From positions 2,220 through 66,219 of IMG/VR virus record IMGVR_UViG_3300047497_000053: a stretch of 64,000 nucleotides of DNA. One strand, given 5' to 3'. A program made the position numbers and the translations under genes. The DNA is from a virus. Lineage: Duplodnaviria > Caudoviricetes. A model generated the notes under the pieces. It was not told the origin of the DNA and did no database searches. It was given only the letters and a program-made list of their open reading frames with translations. Shown piece after piece: positions 18,061-28,593 of the stretch. Positions within the stretch are counted from its first letter, which is position 1, and each line of letters opens with the position of its first letter.

Positions 18061-20114
18061 CAGAATTTCCCATCCGGCGCGTATCGATAGCGCAGCGCGC
18101 CCGTGCGCCAGAAGCTGCCCAAGTCAGACGAACCGATGCGCACGCTGACCAGTCGTGCCCGCAGTCGCGTATTGAAATACTCAGTCGCTTGGGTCACTGT
18201 GTACGGCCCGAACACCTGCGGAGTGTCGCCGGGATAATCGGCGCAGTAGAACGTGATTTGCACGCTGGCGGTTTGAGCGGCGCTCACTTGTCCCCATTTC
18301 ATGTCGGGCCACACCAGATCAATGAACGATTTATTGTCGCCTTCATTGATTGCGTAATAGCCCGTTTGGAAATACGAGACCATTGGAGAGCCTGCGGCAT
18401 CATTGGATGTCTCGTGCTGGTAAAGGTAGTTGTAGGGGCCGACGTTTGATCCGTACGTCGCACCAATCGGTGGACCCAAGATGGATTGGTCTATCCATGC
18501 CGTGCGATTCAGCGCGCCGTAATCCCATGTACCCAAGGCTATGTTGTATTTGACATAGAGATCGTTTTCGCCCGTGCCCGTGCTGACCGATGCGATGGAT
18601 GGATAGAACCATTGAATCTCGTTGAACAACGAATTAACAGCCACGCGAATGTTGTTTCGATACGGGTTCGCTTGTCCATTGAGGAATTGCGGCGTGATGT
18701 TTTGAAATACCCGATCCCAAACGCTGCACGGAAGCGGCGTGACGCCCGAACTGGATAGAATGAAAAACTGCGATTGCCCCATCCAATACTCAATGCCGTT
18801 CACAAACGCGGCGGCTTTTGGCGCGATGAGCCCGCAACCCGTGCCAATTTGGTTGAACGAGTACACATACGGAGGTCCGATATACTGCATGGACCAAGCA
18901 TCCACGTCCGTATGCACGATGGCTTGTTGTGGACCCTGAACGCATCCGACGATTTGCGATCCCTTGGAAATACGGAACGATCCGGCCTGATTGGCAACCG
19001 TTGGAATCCACTGATTGAAATTGCCGACATCGCACCACGAAATCAATAAAGGATCGGGAATGCCTGTCTGGGTAGAGCCCCACGCGATGAGTTGTCGCTG
19101 AGGCATAGCGACAAAGATACCCGCGTTCGTGGTCGGCGCATTGGCGATGACTTGCGCTTTCAACATGCCGGGAGACCAATAAAAAATTGGGCTATAAGAC
19201 GGAAAAATGGTTTGCGGACATGCGATCAACTCTTGTCCGAAATTATCCAGCGTCCAACTTTCGGTGTTTTGTTCGGTTCCATAGTTTGTGTAATAAATTG
19301 TGTATTCCAATGCATAACCGTATCCATTCGCTTGTGCAATAGCTGGCCCTAAAATAGTAAAATTATTGGCGTCTATTAAAGACTGGATCACGTAATTGCC
19401 AATCGGCAAGACAACTTGTGCCGCCGAAATATCAATTTCACTTTGAATCGGAAACGAATCGCCAACCCCGTATGTGTAATTGGGTAGATTTACCGTAACT
19501 ACATTGGAATTTATTACCATTGAATAAAGGGGAAACTCGATGGTTGTAGACGTAGATGTGGCGGGTGTTAACTCGCCAAGTATGTTTGTAGCGGCAATCG
19601 TGTAGGTATTATCGGTATTATGGCCGTCAGGATCGCATGCGTATTGACCGTACAAAACAAGGCCGCCAATTGAGAATTGAGTCTCAATGCAAACGACCAT
19701 TGAATTATTAACTAAAGTGATATTTGGATCTACAATGATGATATACGGGCTTCCATTGAGTGATGAAGCCACTAAGTCAGTATAGACACCAAATGATTGA
19801 CGGATATTGGGGGAAATGTCGGTATCTATTGCTTGATTCGTGACGATTGTCAAAAACCCCTCGCCGCCTACCGCCAGATGCGCCTGCGCGTTCAAATCCT
19901 CCCACGCCCACAATTGCCGGATCACATTCGGAAAGGTCTGCGGCGCGTACAAAATATACTGAAGCCACCCGCCCAGTTTCTGCACCAACCCGAGTCCGTT
20001 GGCGTCATAGAAAAACCGAATCAGTTGCGACTGCGATATCCCGGAGTTTTCATTGAGCGCGGGTGTTTCGTTGGTATCAGTTCCCGGCACCAGCTTCATG
20101 ACGGCGTGTGGCAT
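18060..20114 (-). CDS. Tail nozzle / DNA-stabilisation protein (P22 gp10 / T7 gp12-like)
   Basis: Size and position; W.LDNFG..L, ISWCD..N...W.P...NQAG, GCGLIAP and R.R.R motifs. Confidence 0.75.
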   Translation of the reverse strand: MPHAVMKLVPGTDTNETPALNENSGISQSQLIRFFYDANGLGLVQKLGGWLQYILYAPQTFPNVIRQLWAWEDLNAQAHLAVGGEGFLTIVTNQAIDTDISPNIRQSFGVYTDLVASSLNGSPYIIIVDPNITLVNNSMVVCIETQFSIGGLVLYGQYACDPDGHNTDNTYTIAATNILGELTPATSTSTTIEFPLYSMVINSNVVTVNLPNYTYGVGDSFPIQSEIDISAAQVVLPIGNYVIQSLIDANNFTILGPAIAQANGYGYALEYTIYYTNYGTEQNTESWTLDNFGQELIACPQTIFPSYSPIFYWSPGMLKAQVIANAPTTNAGIFVAMPQRQLIAWGSTQTGIPDPLLISWCDVGNFNQWIPTVANQAGSFRISKGSQIVGCVQGPQQAIVHTDVDAWSMQYIGPPYVYSFNQIGTGCGLIAPKAAAFVNGIEYWMGQSQFFILSSSGVTPLPCSVWDRVFQNITPQFLNGQANPYRNNIRVAVNSLFNEIQWFYPSIASVSTGTGENDLYVKYNIALGTWDYGALNRTAWIDQSILGPPIGATYGSNVGPYNYLYQHETSNDAAGSPMVSYFQTGYYAINEGDNKSFIDLVWPDMKWGQVSAAQTASVQITFYCADYPGDTPQVFGPYTVTQATEYFNTRLRARLVSVRIGSSDLGSFWRTGALRYRYAPDGKF

Positions 20115-20117
20115 ACC

Positions 20118-20918
20118 TCACCGAGTCTGCGTCGCCGAGGTCGGCGTGGAATACCCAGACCATGACGAGCCTTCTTGTTTTTTCTGATTCTCTTTCGGGA
20201 TCGCACCCAACCGAAGCGCTTGATACGCTTTTTCGTACGAGAGACCCATGTCCGCACTATCCGACGTTGCGCTGAAATTGCGCTGGAACGCCGAGACGTA
20301 AATCATGCTCGCCATCAACAGCATGTCGGGATAATAGGTTGATATATACGTGCTGGCCGTATCCGCGACACCTGAAACGGCGTATTTATATAGCGACGGC
20401 GGCACGACGGTTCCCGTGACGCGCAGCGTGTAACCATAGTTCGGTGCCGGTCCCAAAAGAATATTGGTGTTCGTGTTGTACGCACCCGGTGTTGGCGTTG
20501 CCGCAAACGTGTCGCCGTACATCGCGTAATACTTCGGCGTGCCCGCACTGTAAAGACCGCTGTACACGTTCTGAATGAATTCCTTGCTGACCGGCAAGAG
20601 CGGCGTCGCGTTCACCACTTGCGCGCCGTTGATCTGTGCGATTTCCAACGTTTGCACGGTGAAAAAATCGTCAATCGGCAACGCAAACACGGGTTGTCCC
20701 GCCGTCAGCGCGTAAGTGTTTGATGTCTGCGACGGCAAGATGTCCAAGTCGCGGGCGATGCGCTGCTCCGCGTAGTTGAGCATCTGTTGCACGATGCCCT
20801 GCAGCGGCGCGTCGTTGAACTGCCAGACGCCCGCGTTTTCGCTGGTGAGCGCAACCGCCAAAATGCCGATCTGTTGCACGTACAGGTTATACGTGAGCGG
20901 ATTCGTGTTGGCGGTCAC
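20118..20918 (-). CDS. Head-tail adaptor protein
   Basis: AEQRIARDL, G.PKYYA, GPAP...Y and YPD.LL.AS motifs. Confidence 0.7.
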   Translation of the reverse strand: MTANTNPLTYNLYVQQIGILAVALTSENAGVWQFNDAPLQGIVQQMLNYAEQRIARDLDILPSQTSNTYALTAGQPVFALPIDDFFTVQTLEIAQINGAQVVNATPLLPVSKEFIQNVYSGLYSAGTPKYYAMYGDTFAATPTPGAYNTNTNILLGPAPNYGYTLRVTGTVVPPSLYKYAVSGVADTASTYISTYYPDMLLMASMIYVSAFQRNFSATSDSADMGLSYEKAYQALRLGAIPKENQKKQEGSSWSGYSTPTSATQTR

Positions 20919-21409
20919 GGCGGATATTCCGTAAGAGTGCCGCCGATCACTTCGTCAATTAGCAACAAGTCATCCGGCGTCACGCGATGCGCCGGAATCG
21001 ACAACGGATACGGCACGCGGCGGATGTGCTGGAGCGCGTTGATTTGCAGTGCCGAGCAAATCCAGTGGCCGTCCTGATGGTTGTCGCGGCCCAAGATGAA
21101 ATCCACGATGTCCCATTTGCCGTACGGCGTGCCGATCTTGGCTCGAAGCGCCGCTTCCCAGCCAGCGTACTCGGCAGGTGTGCACTCTAGCGTCACGACC
21201 GTGCGTCGCTTCCACCGTTCGTATCCTGCGGGCCGTATATGCGTTCCAGCGGGTTGGCCGCCCACGTAATCACTACGGGCACCCAAGAGGCGTCCGTCCG
21301 CTAGCACGGCGTCTACGTGGCTGTAACCGCCAAATCCTTGGCCATACCACGCGATCAGTCGTGAGGACAGCCCCGCGCCCAATACGAACTGGTGGCGGAT
21401 TTGCGGCAC
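20915..21409 (-). CDS. Permuted papain-like NlpC/P60 (YiiX/YaeF-type) hydrolase
   Basis: YSHV...G.PY...WICSAL, with His before Cys (permuted catalytic order). Confidence 0.7.
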   Translation of the reverse strand: MPQIRHQFVLGAGLSSRLIAWYGQGFGGYSHVDAVLADGRLLGARSDYVGGQPAGTHIRPAGYERWKRRTVVTLECTPAEYAGWEAALRAKIGTPYGKWDIVDFILGRDNHQDGHWICSALQINALQHIRRVPYPLSIPAHRVTPDDLLLIDEVIGGTLTEYPP

Positions 21410-21410
21410 C

Positions 21411-21668
21411 TCACTTCGCGGCGAGTAGCGCCGTGGCCTCGGTCTGGATGATCTGCGCCAGCGCCTTCAGTTCGTCTTGCGCAATCGTCGGCAACGCGGC
21501 CAGCACATCCACCTCCAATTTCGCCACCGAGGCCAAGATGTTCACCTCGTTCGGGTTGGTGGAAATTGAGGTCAGGAACGTGATGAGCTGCGGCAGGATC
21601 AGTTTCGCGGTGTCCTGCTTGGCAATCGCAATGAGCGGGGCCAAAACAGTGGAAATGTTCGTGGTCAT
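21411..21668 (-). CDS. Small helical protein in lysis region
   Basis: AAGGA RBS; ATGA coupling. Confidence 0.6.
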   Translation of the reverse strand: MTTNISTVLAPLIAIAKQDTAKLILPQLITFLTSISTNPNEVNILASVAKLEVDVLAALPTIAQDELKALAQIIQTEATALLAAK

Positions 21669-21913
21669 GATGGGTCCTTTTTGGTGGGTTCGGCGGGGAC
21701 AACCGAAACGACTTTGGTAGCCAGCGTATCCAGCTTCGCCATCGTATCGGCGTGATTGTCCGCGTTAGTTTGCGTGAGGCGCGTGTTTTCGTCTAGCTTC
21801 GCCGAATTGGCCCTAGAACGGAAATACGCAGCCAGCGCCGCCAATAGCGCGCCCAAACTGCCAATCGCGCCTGCGATTGCCGAGATGATTTGCGGGTCCA
21901 TGTACCATTTCAT
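21665..21913 (-). CDS. Holin-like single-TM protein
   Basis: N-terminal TM segment and coiled tail, next to the endolysin. Confidence 0.55.
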   Translation of the reverse strand: MKWYMDPQIISAIAGAIGSLGALLAALAAYFRSRANSAKLDENTRLTQTNADNHADTMAKLDTLATKVVSVVPAEPTKKDPS

Positions 21914-22365
21914 GCGGGCACTCCTTGAGCAATTGGAATCAGCGAGCCGGTCAGCGGCACATCGGCGAATACTTGGCGCACGTAATTCTGCGTCTCGGTG
22001 GGCATGTCCGAAAACGCTTGGCCCGACGCGATCCAGCGATGCACGTTGCCCTCGCCCCAGTCGTACGCCGCGACGGCGAGCTGCCAGTCGCTGAAACGCG
22101 CGTCGCAATGCGACAGCAATTCGGCGGCCGTCGCCACGTCATTCGGAATGGACCGACCCGCGTGCGGAAAATCCTTGGGGTTCAATTGCATCATGCCGAC
22201 GCAGCCCGCCGAGGATATTTCGGTGCCATTGATGACCTCGGGACGCCACGAGCATTCTTGGAAGGCAATGCGCACCAACAGATTTCTAGGAATAGAGTAG
22301 TGATCTTCCGCGCCGTTGAGGAGCGACAGATACGGGCCTGCGCCATCCAAATAGTTATCGGCCAC
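21910..22365 (-). CDS. Endolysin, SLT lytic transglycosylase
   Basis: QECS, S.AG..GMMQ, AAYDWG and ETQNYV motifs. Confidence 0.9.
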   Translation of the reverse strand: MADNYLDGAGPYLSLLNGAEDHYSIPRNLLVRIAFQECSWRPEVINGTEISSAGCVGMMQLNPKDFPHAGRSIPNDVATAAELLSHCDARFSDWQLAVAAYDWGEGNVHRWIASGQAFSDMPTETQNYVRQVFADVPLTGSLIPIAQGVPA

Positions 22366-22693
22366 GATTTAACGCCTCCATCTTGTTGCGGTACTCCTTC
22401 AATTCCTCTTTCACGTCGTCCTGATTTTGAATGACGTGACTCATGTTGGCTGCCAACACCTGCGTCTGCGTATCCAAGCGCTGCATGATGTTGCGCATGT
22501 CGTGGCGAAACGTGGAATTCGCTTCCTCGGATGCCTTCTGTGCTTTCTGCTGATCGGAGACCAATGATCGTACTTCGTTCACAGCCGATAACCTCCGTTC
22601 GAGACGCATCAGCCAGCCGACGATGCCGACCACGCTGCCACCCAACGCCACCAAAATCGTCGCCAATGCACCTGCGTATTCTTCAAGATTCAT
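22355..22693 (-). CDS. Single-TM coiled-coil protein (holin-like)
   Basis: TM segment plus coiled coil, upstream of the endolysin. Confidence 0.55.
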   Translation of the reverse strand: MNLEEYAGALATILVALGGSVVGIVGWLMRLERRLSAVNEVRSLVSDQQKAQKASEEANSTFRHDMRNIMQRLDTQTQVLAANMSHVIQNQDDVKEELKEYRNKMEALNRGR

Positions 22694-23313
22694 CCTGTTT
22701 TCCAGATAGCGCCGGTCCAGTAGCCTGACCATGATCCGTAGGCGGTGCTGATGAGGTAGGTTGCGGAACCGTCAATGGTACCGCTTGCCGGGGTAATCGT
22801 GATGTTGTTTGTGGCGGCATCGCCTTTGACATCGCTGATGGTAATCCGATGTCCTGGAGCAACGGTAACGTAAAGTGCAACCGAAGTTGATTCCGTTATT
22901 ATTTTATTGATGCCGACATTGCGGTCTGTACAGAACGTTTGCACAAGTCCTGAGGCGGTGATAATACGAGTTTGCCCAAGGCCGCAAATATTCCATTGCG
23001 TTCCGTCAAAAAAACAAAGACCAGCATCCGAGGTTTGGCTAAAAACAGGTGACGTTATTTCATTTGGAAGCATGGCAAACGCGGGCTGCGCGCCGCTAGG
23101 CAATGGCGGAACCACGGCCGACAAACCAGATGGGCCAGTAGGTCCGATAGCGCCCGTTAAACCCTGTGGACCGCTCGGCCCAATCAATGCCCCCAATGCG
23201 GCGATCTGCGCCGTTGTCACGCGCACCGATGTGCCCGCTTGTACGGCCTCCATTTGTTCATCGCCCGTGATGGCAATCGCTTGGGTGAGCTGAGGAATCG
23301 TTGATGTCGCCAT
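22690..23313 (-). CDS. Short tail-fibre-like protein
   Basis: I.QL...GDE N-terminal module, short GXY tract, D..G.A.TNNITI...TIDG domain. Confidence 0.7.
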   Translation of the reverse strand: MATSTIPQLTQAIAITGDEQMEAVQAGTSVRVTTAQIAALGALIGPSGPQGLTGAIGPTGPSGLSAVVPPLPSGAQPAFAMLPNEITSPVFSQTSDAGLCFFDGTQWNICGLGQTRIITASGLVQTFCTDRNVGINKIITESTSVALYVTVAPGHRITISDVKGDAATNNITITPASGTIDGSATYLISTAYGSWSGYWTGAIWKTG

Positions 23314-24263
23314 TACGGACCGTTCTCCAGTTCCAAGTAATCGGTCCCGTCTTCCAGCAAAAACACCCCTTGGCCGTTCTCGGTCTCAAAGAAATAGCCG
23401 GCCACGTTCTGGCACGTCTCCAAATCCAACATGCCTGAACCATTTTCCAGCAAAAATACACCCGTGCCGTTTTCTAGCGCGAAGTAACACTGCTGCGCAA
23501 CCGGCATCGGCGGCATCGGATTCAACGTCGGCCCGTTGATCTTCGGAATCTGCAAGAAACCGCGCGGCAAACCGATCTTGCACGTGATGATGCGCGTCGT
23601 CGGCGTCAACAGCGCGGCCGACGGAATGGACCCGTACGTCTGATACGTAAACGCCATTGCCGTGATCGGATTGACTGAATACGCGCCACACGCGGCGGGA
23701 TTGGCAAGACCTTGAATCACGACTTGGGAATCCGGTTGCAGGCCGTGCGCCTTGGAGCACGTGACTTGCACGGTTGCGGTGTTGTTTGAGGTCACCGACA
23801 AAATCGACAACGGCACGCCGTAGGGCACCGCATCCGACAGCGGCGTCACCGCGCGCTGATCCAGTCCCGGCCGCTCGCCAAACGGCGTCGTCACGCGGTT
23901 GTGGCAGTCCTGCGTGATGCGTAGCGCCGTCTGCGGTATCGGAATGCCGGTCACGGGGTCAATCACATCCGGTTGCGAGGTGCCGCGATAATCAATTTCC
24001 GCGCCGTCAAAATCTTCAACGCTAGGGTAGAACACGGGCACCGGATCGGCGGGTAACGTGATTGCGCGCAATTGTTCTTGCGGTATGTCAAGACAACGTT
24101 TGCATACCAGCTTGTACGTGTTTTGGATCGCCGCTCCGCGCCACTGAAACTGAAAAATGAGGTCAACGCGGTTGTACCATTCGCCGCAGCGCTGACACAC
24201 GCCAAACGCCTGCGGGTTGACCGATGAGGCTCTGGCGCGACCGGCTTTAGACGCGTATCCCAT
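23313..24263 (-). CDS. Virion protein: CxxC...CxxC N-domain, beta-barrel, LLE[ND]G repeats
   Basis: CQRCG...CKRC; AHGL...FTY module; five to six (L/T)E[ND]G repeats at the C-terminus. Confidence 0.7.
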   Translation of the reverse strand: MGYASKAGRARASSVNPQAFGVCQRCGEWYNRVDLIFQFQWRGAAIQNTYKLVCKRCLDIPQEQLRAITLPADPVPVFYPSVEDFDGAEIDYRGTSQPDVIDPVTGIPIPQTALRITQDCHNRVTTPFGERPGLDQRAVTPLSDAVPYGVPLSILSVTSNNTATVQVTCSKAHGLQPDSQVVIQGLANPAACGAYSVNPITAMAFTYQTYGSIPSAALLTPTTRIITCKIGLPRGFLQIPKINGPTLNPMPPMPVAQQCYFALENGTGVFLLENGSGMLDLETCQNVAGYFFETENGQGVFLLEDGTDYLELENGP

Positions 24264-24266
24264 GCG

Positions 24267-24962
24267 TCACCTAAAATATCCGCCGATCATCGGCGACACA
24301 TACACCTGCGCCGTTTCAATATTCTGACGGCTGGCGATCCCGTAGGCTTCGTCCGCCAAGGGTTTCAAGATCGGCGCTTGCGCGGGTGCCCATGACAGCG
24401 CCAAGCGATACGCCAGCGCAAACGCGAAGGCTTCCAAGAAATAATAGGGCATCTCAACGCTTTGGCCGTTGTCAAAGTTCGCATCTTGGGATTGGCGCAA
24501 TCGATAGTATTTGAACGCGGCCTGCTGCCCGTTCGGTACGGGCCACACCGTCACGGTCGGTTGCAGCAATCGATCCATCCAAAACACCGTGGGCGCGCCT
24601 TGTTGCGCCTTATTGCCGTAGCTCGCATATTCCGAGCGGCTGATCGGCAGCATGATGCGGTCAATCTGCTGCGTGTTTTGAATCAGCGTATAATACGCAT
24701 CCAGCATGACGATGGTGTTTGACGGCACGGGATAGGTCCCACACCCTTGCGACAGCGGAATGATCTGCAAATCCACCTGCCACAGATTGACGCCATCGGC
24801 GCTCCATCGACCGAGCACCATTCCTGATGCCATGCGCGCGGTTTGAAAATGCTGCTGCGTGAGCGCGGTGGAGCGAATGAGGCACATCTCATAGGCGTAC
24901 AGCACCAGCTCGCCCATGGACGGCGAGAAGTTATACGTGCCCGATGTGGCGGGGACGCTCAC
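24267..24962 (-). CDS. Head-tail connector / tail tubular protein A-like
   Basis: TSGTYNF, W...G.NLW, ISRSEY...NK..QG.P and WPVP motifs. Confidence 0.7.
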   Translation of the reverse strand: MSVPATSGTYNFSPSMGELVLYAYEMCLIRSTALTQQHFQTARMASGMVLGRWSADGVNLWQVDLQIIPLSQGCGTYPVPSNTIVMLDAYYTLIQNTQQIDRIMLPISRSEYASYGNKAQQGAPTVFWMDRLLQPTVTVWPVPNGQQAAFKYYRLRQSQDANFDNGQSVEMPYYFLEAFAFALAYRLALSWAPAQAPILKPLADEAYGIASRQNIETAQVYVSPMIGGYFR

Positions 24963-26053
24963 GCGGCCTCAGTTGACACCGACGGTTCAATCGGTGTGGT
25001 CATCAATTTCAAATTCTCGCGGAATCGAAACTCTTGCGGGTCCAATTCAATCGCTTTGCGTACGTGGTCAATCGCGATGTCCTTCCATCCCAAGTTCCAC
25101 GCTGCGATGGATGCCAAATCATGCGGCGTCGAGCCCCACACAGCGGGGTCAACCGTGTATACCTTCTCCTTGGTGATGATGGAGAGACACATCAGCGCCG
25201 CGCTGAAACACTCGCTCCAGCGTTTTAAGTGATGGCACAGCATCGCCAATTCACACCACGGCTCGCGCGTGTCGGGCGCTTCGGCAGCGGCACGCCTAAG
25301 CCACGTGAGCGCCGTCCAGGGATCGCCCAATTCTTGATGGCACTTGGCAATTACGCGCATTGCATACGCGCGTTCATTGATCCACGTGGCGCGCGGCAAT
25401 TCCAAGTAGCGCTTCGCCTCGGTAATCGCGGTCTGCCATTGGCTTTTGAACGATAGTTCTCTTGCGTAGTAAAACGCATTGCGCGGGCAATGGGGATCTT
25501 CCTCCACCGATGCACGCAGCAAGTCCAGATATTGCGCGCGAGACTTTGACGGGTCGGGTTTGTGCACGACCAAGAGTTTATCCGTATGCGCCCACACCTC
25601 GGGTGTGCGGTCGGGAACCACGAATTCGTGGCACGGGTGATGCCACCTGAAACCGTGGCGCGCGTGAATTTTTTCGTACTGAAATTGAATGCCCGCGCCC
25701 CAGTCAAATCCATAGCGCAAACGATTGGTGCCCGGCACCCACACGCGTTCAATTTCCTCACGCCAGCCGGGCTGCAATACCTCGTCCAAATCCAACGAGA
25801 CGCACACGTCTACATCGTCGGGGAGGAGCGCAAGCGTTGCGTTTCGTGCATCGTCGAACCGCCACGGTTTGATACGGATGTCCACCACAAATACGCCCCA
25901 CGATTGCAGGATTTTGATGGTGCTGTCGGTTGAACCCGTATCGGCGACAAAAATCAGATCGGCGTCTTTCGCTGAGTCGCAAAAACGCGTCGCGTGTTTT
26001 TCTTCGTTGAGCGCGATGGCGTAAACAGCGATTTTCAAGCGATCCGATTTCAC
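24959..26053 (-). CDS. Glycosyltransferase family 2 with TPR repeats
   Basis: YAIALNEE, DTGSTD, FDDARN, LDLDE (DxD) and HE motifs; C-terminal TPRs; GTGA coupling. Confidence 0.9.
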   Translation of the reverse strand: MKSDRLKIAVYAIALNEEKHATRFCDSAKDADLIFVADTGSTDSTIKILQSWGVFVVDIRIKPWRFDDARNATLALLPDDVDVCVSLDLDEVLQPGWREEIERVWVPGTNRLRYGFDWGAGIQFQYEKIHARHGFRWHHPCHEFVVPDRTPEVWAHTDKLLVVHKPDPSKSRAQYLDLLRASVEEDPHCPRNAFYYARELSFKSQWQTAITEAKRYLELPRATWINERAYAMRVIAKCHQELGDPWTALTWLRRAAAEAPDTREPWCELAMLCHHLKRWSECFSAALMCLSIITKEKVYTVDPAVWGSTPHDLASIAAWNLGWKDIAIDHVRKAIELDPQEFRFRENLKLMTTPIEPSVSTEAA

Positions 26054-28578
26054 GGCAAATTGCTCGGCCGATAATTTGGTTGATTCGTCGGCGTGCCGTA
26101 CGCTTGCGTGCCGGCGGTGAAAGCGGGTTGGATCGTTGCGCCGTACACTGAATAAGCGAACGTATTGTCTTGCACGGACCACAATCGATGGGTTGTTTGC
26201 ACATACGTCATGCTAGTGATGAGTTTGTTGACGTTTGCCGTAGTGGCTGAACTTGTTCCGGTGTAAACCGTGTAATCTTCGGGCTCAACCTGAATCACGG
26301 CAGGCATCACACCGACATAATTCGCTGAAAACGAGCCAAACGCTGGCAATGTCCCCGCGTATGAACCGTCTGGATTTAATCCGATGTAAGCCAACATGGC
26401 GCCGCTCGGATGCGCGCTGCCCGGCGTGAATGTATTGACAAAAATATCCGCTTGAGTAAACGCAATTCCTTGCGATGCGTTGAGCGTTGCCAAATATCCA
26501 GTCCATGTTCCTGCGTCTTGCTCGCCCGTTGTGCCCGTGATAACAAACGTAAAGCAGCCGCCGCCCATAGTGTTCGGAAAAGACGTTTTTTTCTGTTGCA
26601 AGAATTTGAAATAACCCGCGTAATAGTTTTGATAACTACACACGTTTGCGCTGCTCGTGTTACCGGGCGTTGCCGGTCCTTGGTTGAACGTGGCGGATGT
26701 CTCGTCATTGTTGCCAAAGTACTCAATTAATCCACATTGATTAAGGGTCTGTCCCGCATAGTTGTTGCTGGATATTTTCCACCATGTTGTATTGGTCACG
26801 GCGTTGCCGGTATTGCCCGCTTGGATGCTGCAATAAATGCTGCCACCGGAACTGACCAATGCGCCCAAACCATAGGTGGTTCCCGATAGGTATGCGGTAG
26901 CGGTCGGCAATTGATACAGCGCGAGCGCTTGAATCATATTGCAGATCGCTTGCACGCATGCCGGGTCCCACCATGCGTTCATCAAAAATCCATAATCTCC
27001 CGCTGCTGGCGAATTGTAGCCGTAGAACCCGATGCCGCAATAACCGCCAGAATACTTGTACAGGGTGTAATTGGTAGATGAACCAGAGCCAAACGAGTTT
27101 GCAATCGTGATGCTGCCACCGCAATTTAAAATATAGTTTGGAACAGAGCAATTATTTGTTGGCGCTGATCCCGCAATCGGACTGCCCCATATTTGAATAG
27201 TGTTGATGAAAATTCCCAAATGCGTACCGGGACAATAAGTTTGCAGAAGGTTAAACACCGCGCCGATTTGCGTTGTAAAACCAGTGAAGTTACCTGTTCC
27301 CGCAACAGCATGCGCTGGGTTATTGTCAATCGCTGAGCCTTGGTCCAAATCAGCCCATTGACGTTGCATAACAAACCCCTTTGCGGGGTGGCTAACCAGT
27401 GTTTTGATCCAAGTCAGATCGTTGCTTGTGCTGGCTTCATTGGTAATGCCGTACTGAGGCACGATTGCGTAGTCGCCTGGGTTGAATTTATAGACGGCTC
27501 CAGCCGTATTGATTGTGTAGGCAGCGCTTCCGACCGCGCTTTGCGTGTAACCCGCAGCAATCGCAATTGCTTGGACGGTGGATGTGGTATTGATCATGAT
27601 CGGCGCTGTGTATGGCGTGCTTGAGGTTGTCGGTGTTGAGCCATTGGTCGTGTAAAAAATAGACGCGCCCGCCGTGGCGCATGCAATCGTGATCGTCTGT
27701 GACACCGAATACGAACCGGCAGCCGGCGTGAACGTCGGCGTTGCGGCGGCAGTGGGTGCCGAACCTGTGACGGTGATGGAAAACAGTTTTTGCGTGGTCG
27801 CGCCGGTTGAGTCGGAAACCTGCACCATAAACGCATCGGTTTCGGCGGTTGATGGCGTCAACGAAATGACACCCGTGCTGGAATTGATAGCCCACGCGTT
27901 GGCCGATACGAATCGAGACACGATGGACCACGTATACGGCGGCGCGCCGTTGGTTGCGTTGATCGTCGCGGTGTACGCCGTGCCGGTGACGGCACTTGGC
28001 AGCGGGGTGTTCGTTGAAATGCCGACCGTCGCGTTCGTCGGGTTATACAACAGGAGCCACGTGGCGCCGTTGCTGTACACGGCCCCCTGATCGGTCGTGG
28101 CCGCGTACAGGTTGGGGTTCGCGACCGCAGGCGGCAGCGTGGCATACGTGAATGTACCCGCAAGCACGGGAACCGAAGCCGGTGCGTCAATAGCGGTCCA
28201 TACGATACCGTTTGAGAACTGCAGCCCTTGATCGGTTGTGATCGCGACGAAACCGTTCCAGAGCGACGGTGCGGGCAAATTGGTGAAATTCGTCACGATG
28301 GGCAACAGATTTGGCGTTGCCGAGAGTCCCCACGCCGTGCCGTTCCAAAGGGCAAATCCGGAATCCACCGTGTACGCCAGCGGATACGTCCCGGTCGGAA
28401 TCTGCCCCGACGGGTATTGCGCTTGGAGCGTCGCGAACGTCGCGAAACTGCCTAAAAAGCTCGTGATGAGGGTTTGCGTACTGCCGGGCGCGCCAGTCGG
28501 ACCCGTGGGACCGGTCGTGCCTGCGCCGCCTGGAGGGCCTTGGGGACCCGGTACACCGACTTGGACGTTGAAGCTCAT
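26050..28578 (-). CDS. Tail fibre / receptor-binding protein (GXY tract, Ig-like, Fn3-like, putative glycan-active domain)
   Basis: GPT tract; G.PPYTWS Ig module; ATPTF.PA.G.Y...IFYTTNGSTP module; aromatic-rich C-domain. Confidence 0.7.
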   Translation of the reverse strand: MSFNVQVGVPGPQGPPGGAGTTGPTGPTGAPGSTQTLITSFLGSFATFATLQAQYPSGQIPTGTYPLAYTVDSGFALWNGTAWGLSATPNLLPIVTNFTNLPAPSLWNGFVAITTDQGLQFSNGIVWTAIDAPASVPVLAGTFTYATLPPAVANPNLYAATTDQGAVYSNGATWLLLYNPTNATVGISTNTPLPSAVTGTAYTATINATNGAPPYTWSIVSRFVSANAWAINSSTGVISLTPSTAETDAFMVQVSDSTGATTQKLFSITVTGSAPTAAATPTFTPAAGSYSVSQTITIACATAGASIFYTTNGSTPTTSSTPYTAPIMINTTSTVQAIAIAAGYTQSAVGSAAYTINTAGAVYKFNPGDYAIVPQYGITNEASTSNDLTWIKTLVSHPAKGFVMQRQWADLDQGSAIDNNPAHAVAGTGNFTGFTTQIGAVFNLLQTYCPGTHLGIFINTIQIWGSPIAGSAPTNNCSVPNYILNCGGSITIANSFGSGSSTNYTLYKYSGGYCGIGFYGYNSPAAGDYGFLMNAWWDPACVQAICNMIQALALYQLPTATAYLSGTTYGLGALVSSGGSIYCSIQAGNTGNAVTNTTWWKISSNNYAGQTLNQCGLIEYFGNNDETSATFNQGPATPGNTSSANVCSYQNYYAGYFKFLQQKKTSFPNTMGGGCFTFVITGTTGEQDAGTWTGYLATLNASQGIAFTQADIFVNTFTPGSAHPSGAMLAYIGLNPDGSYAGTLPAFGSFSANYVGVMPAVIQVEPEDYTVYTGTSSATTANVNKLITSMTYVQTTHRLWSVQDNTFAYSVYGATIQPAFTAGTQAYGTPTNQPNYRPSNLP

Positions 28579-28593
28579 CGCGAAAATCCTTGG

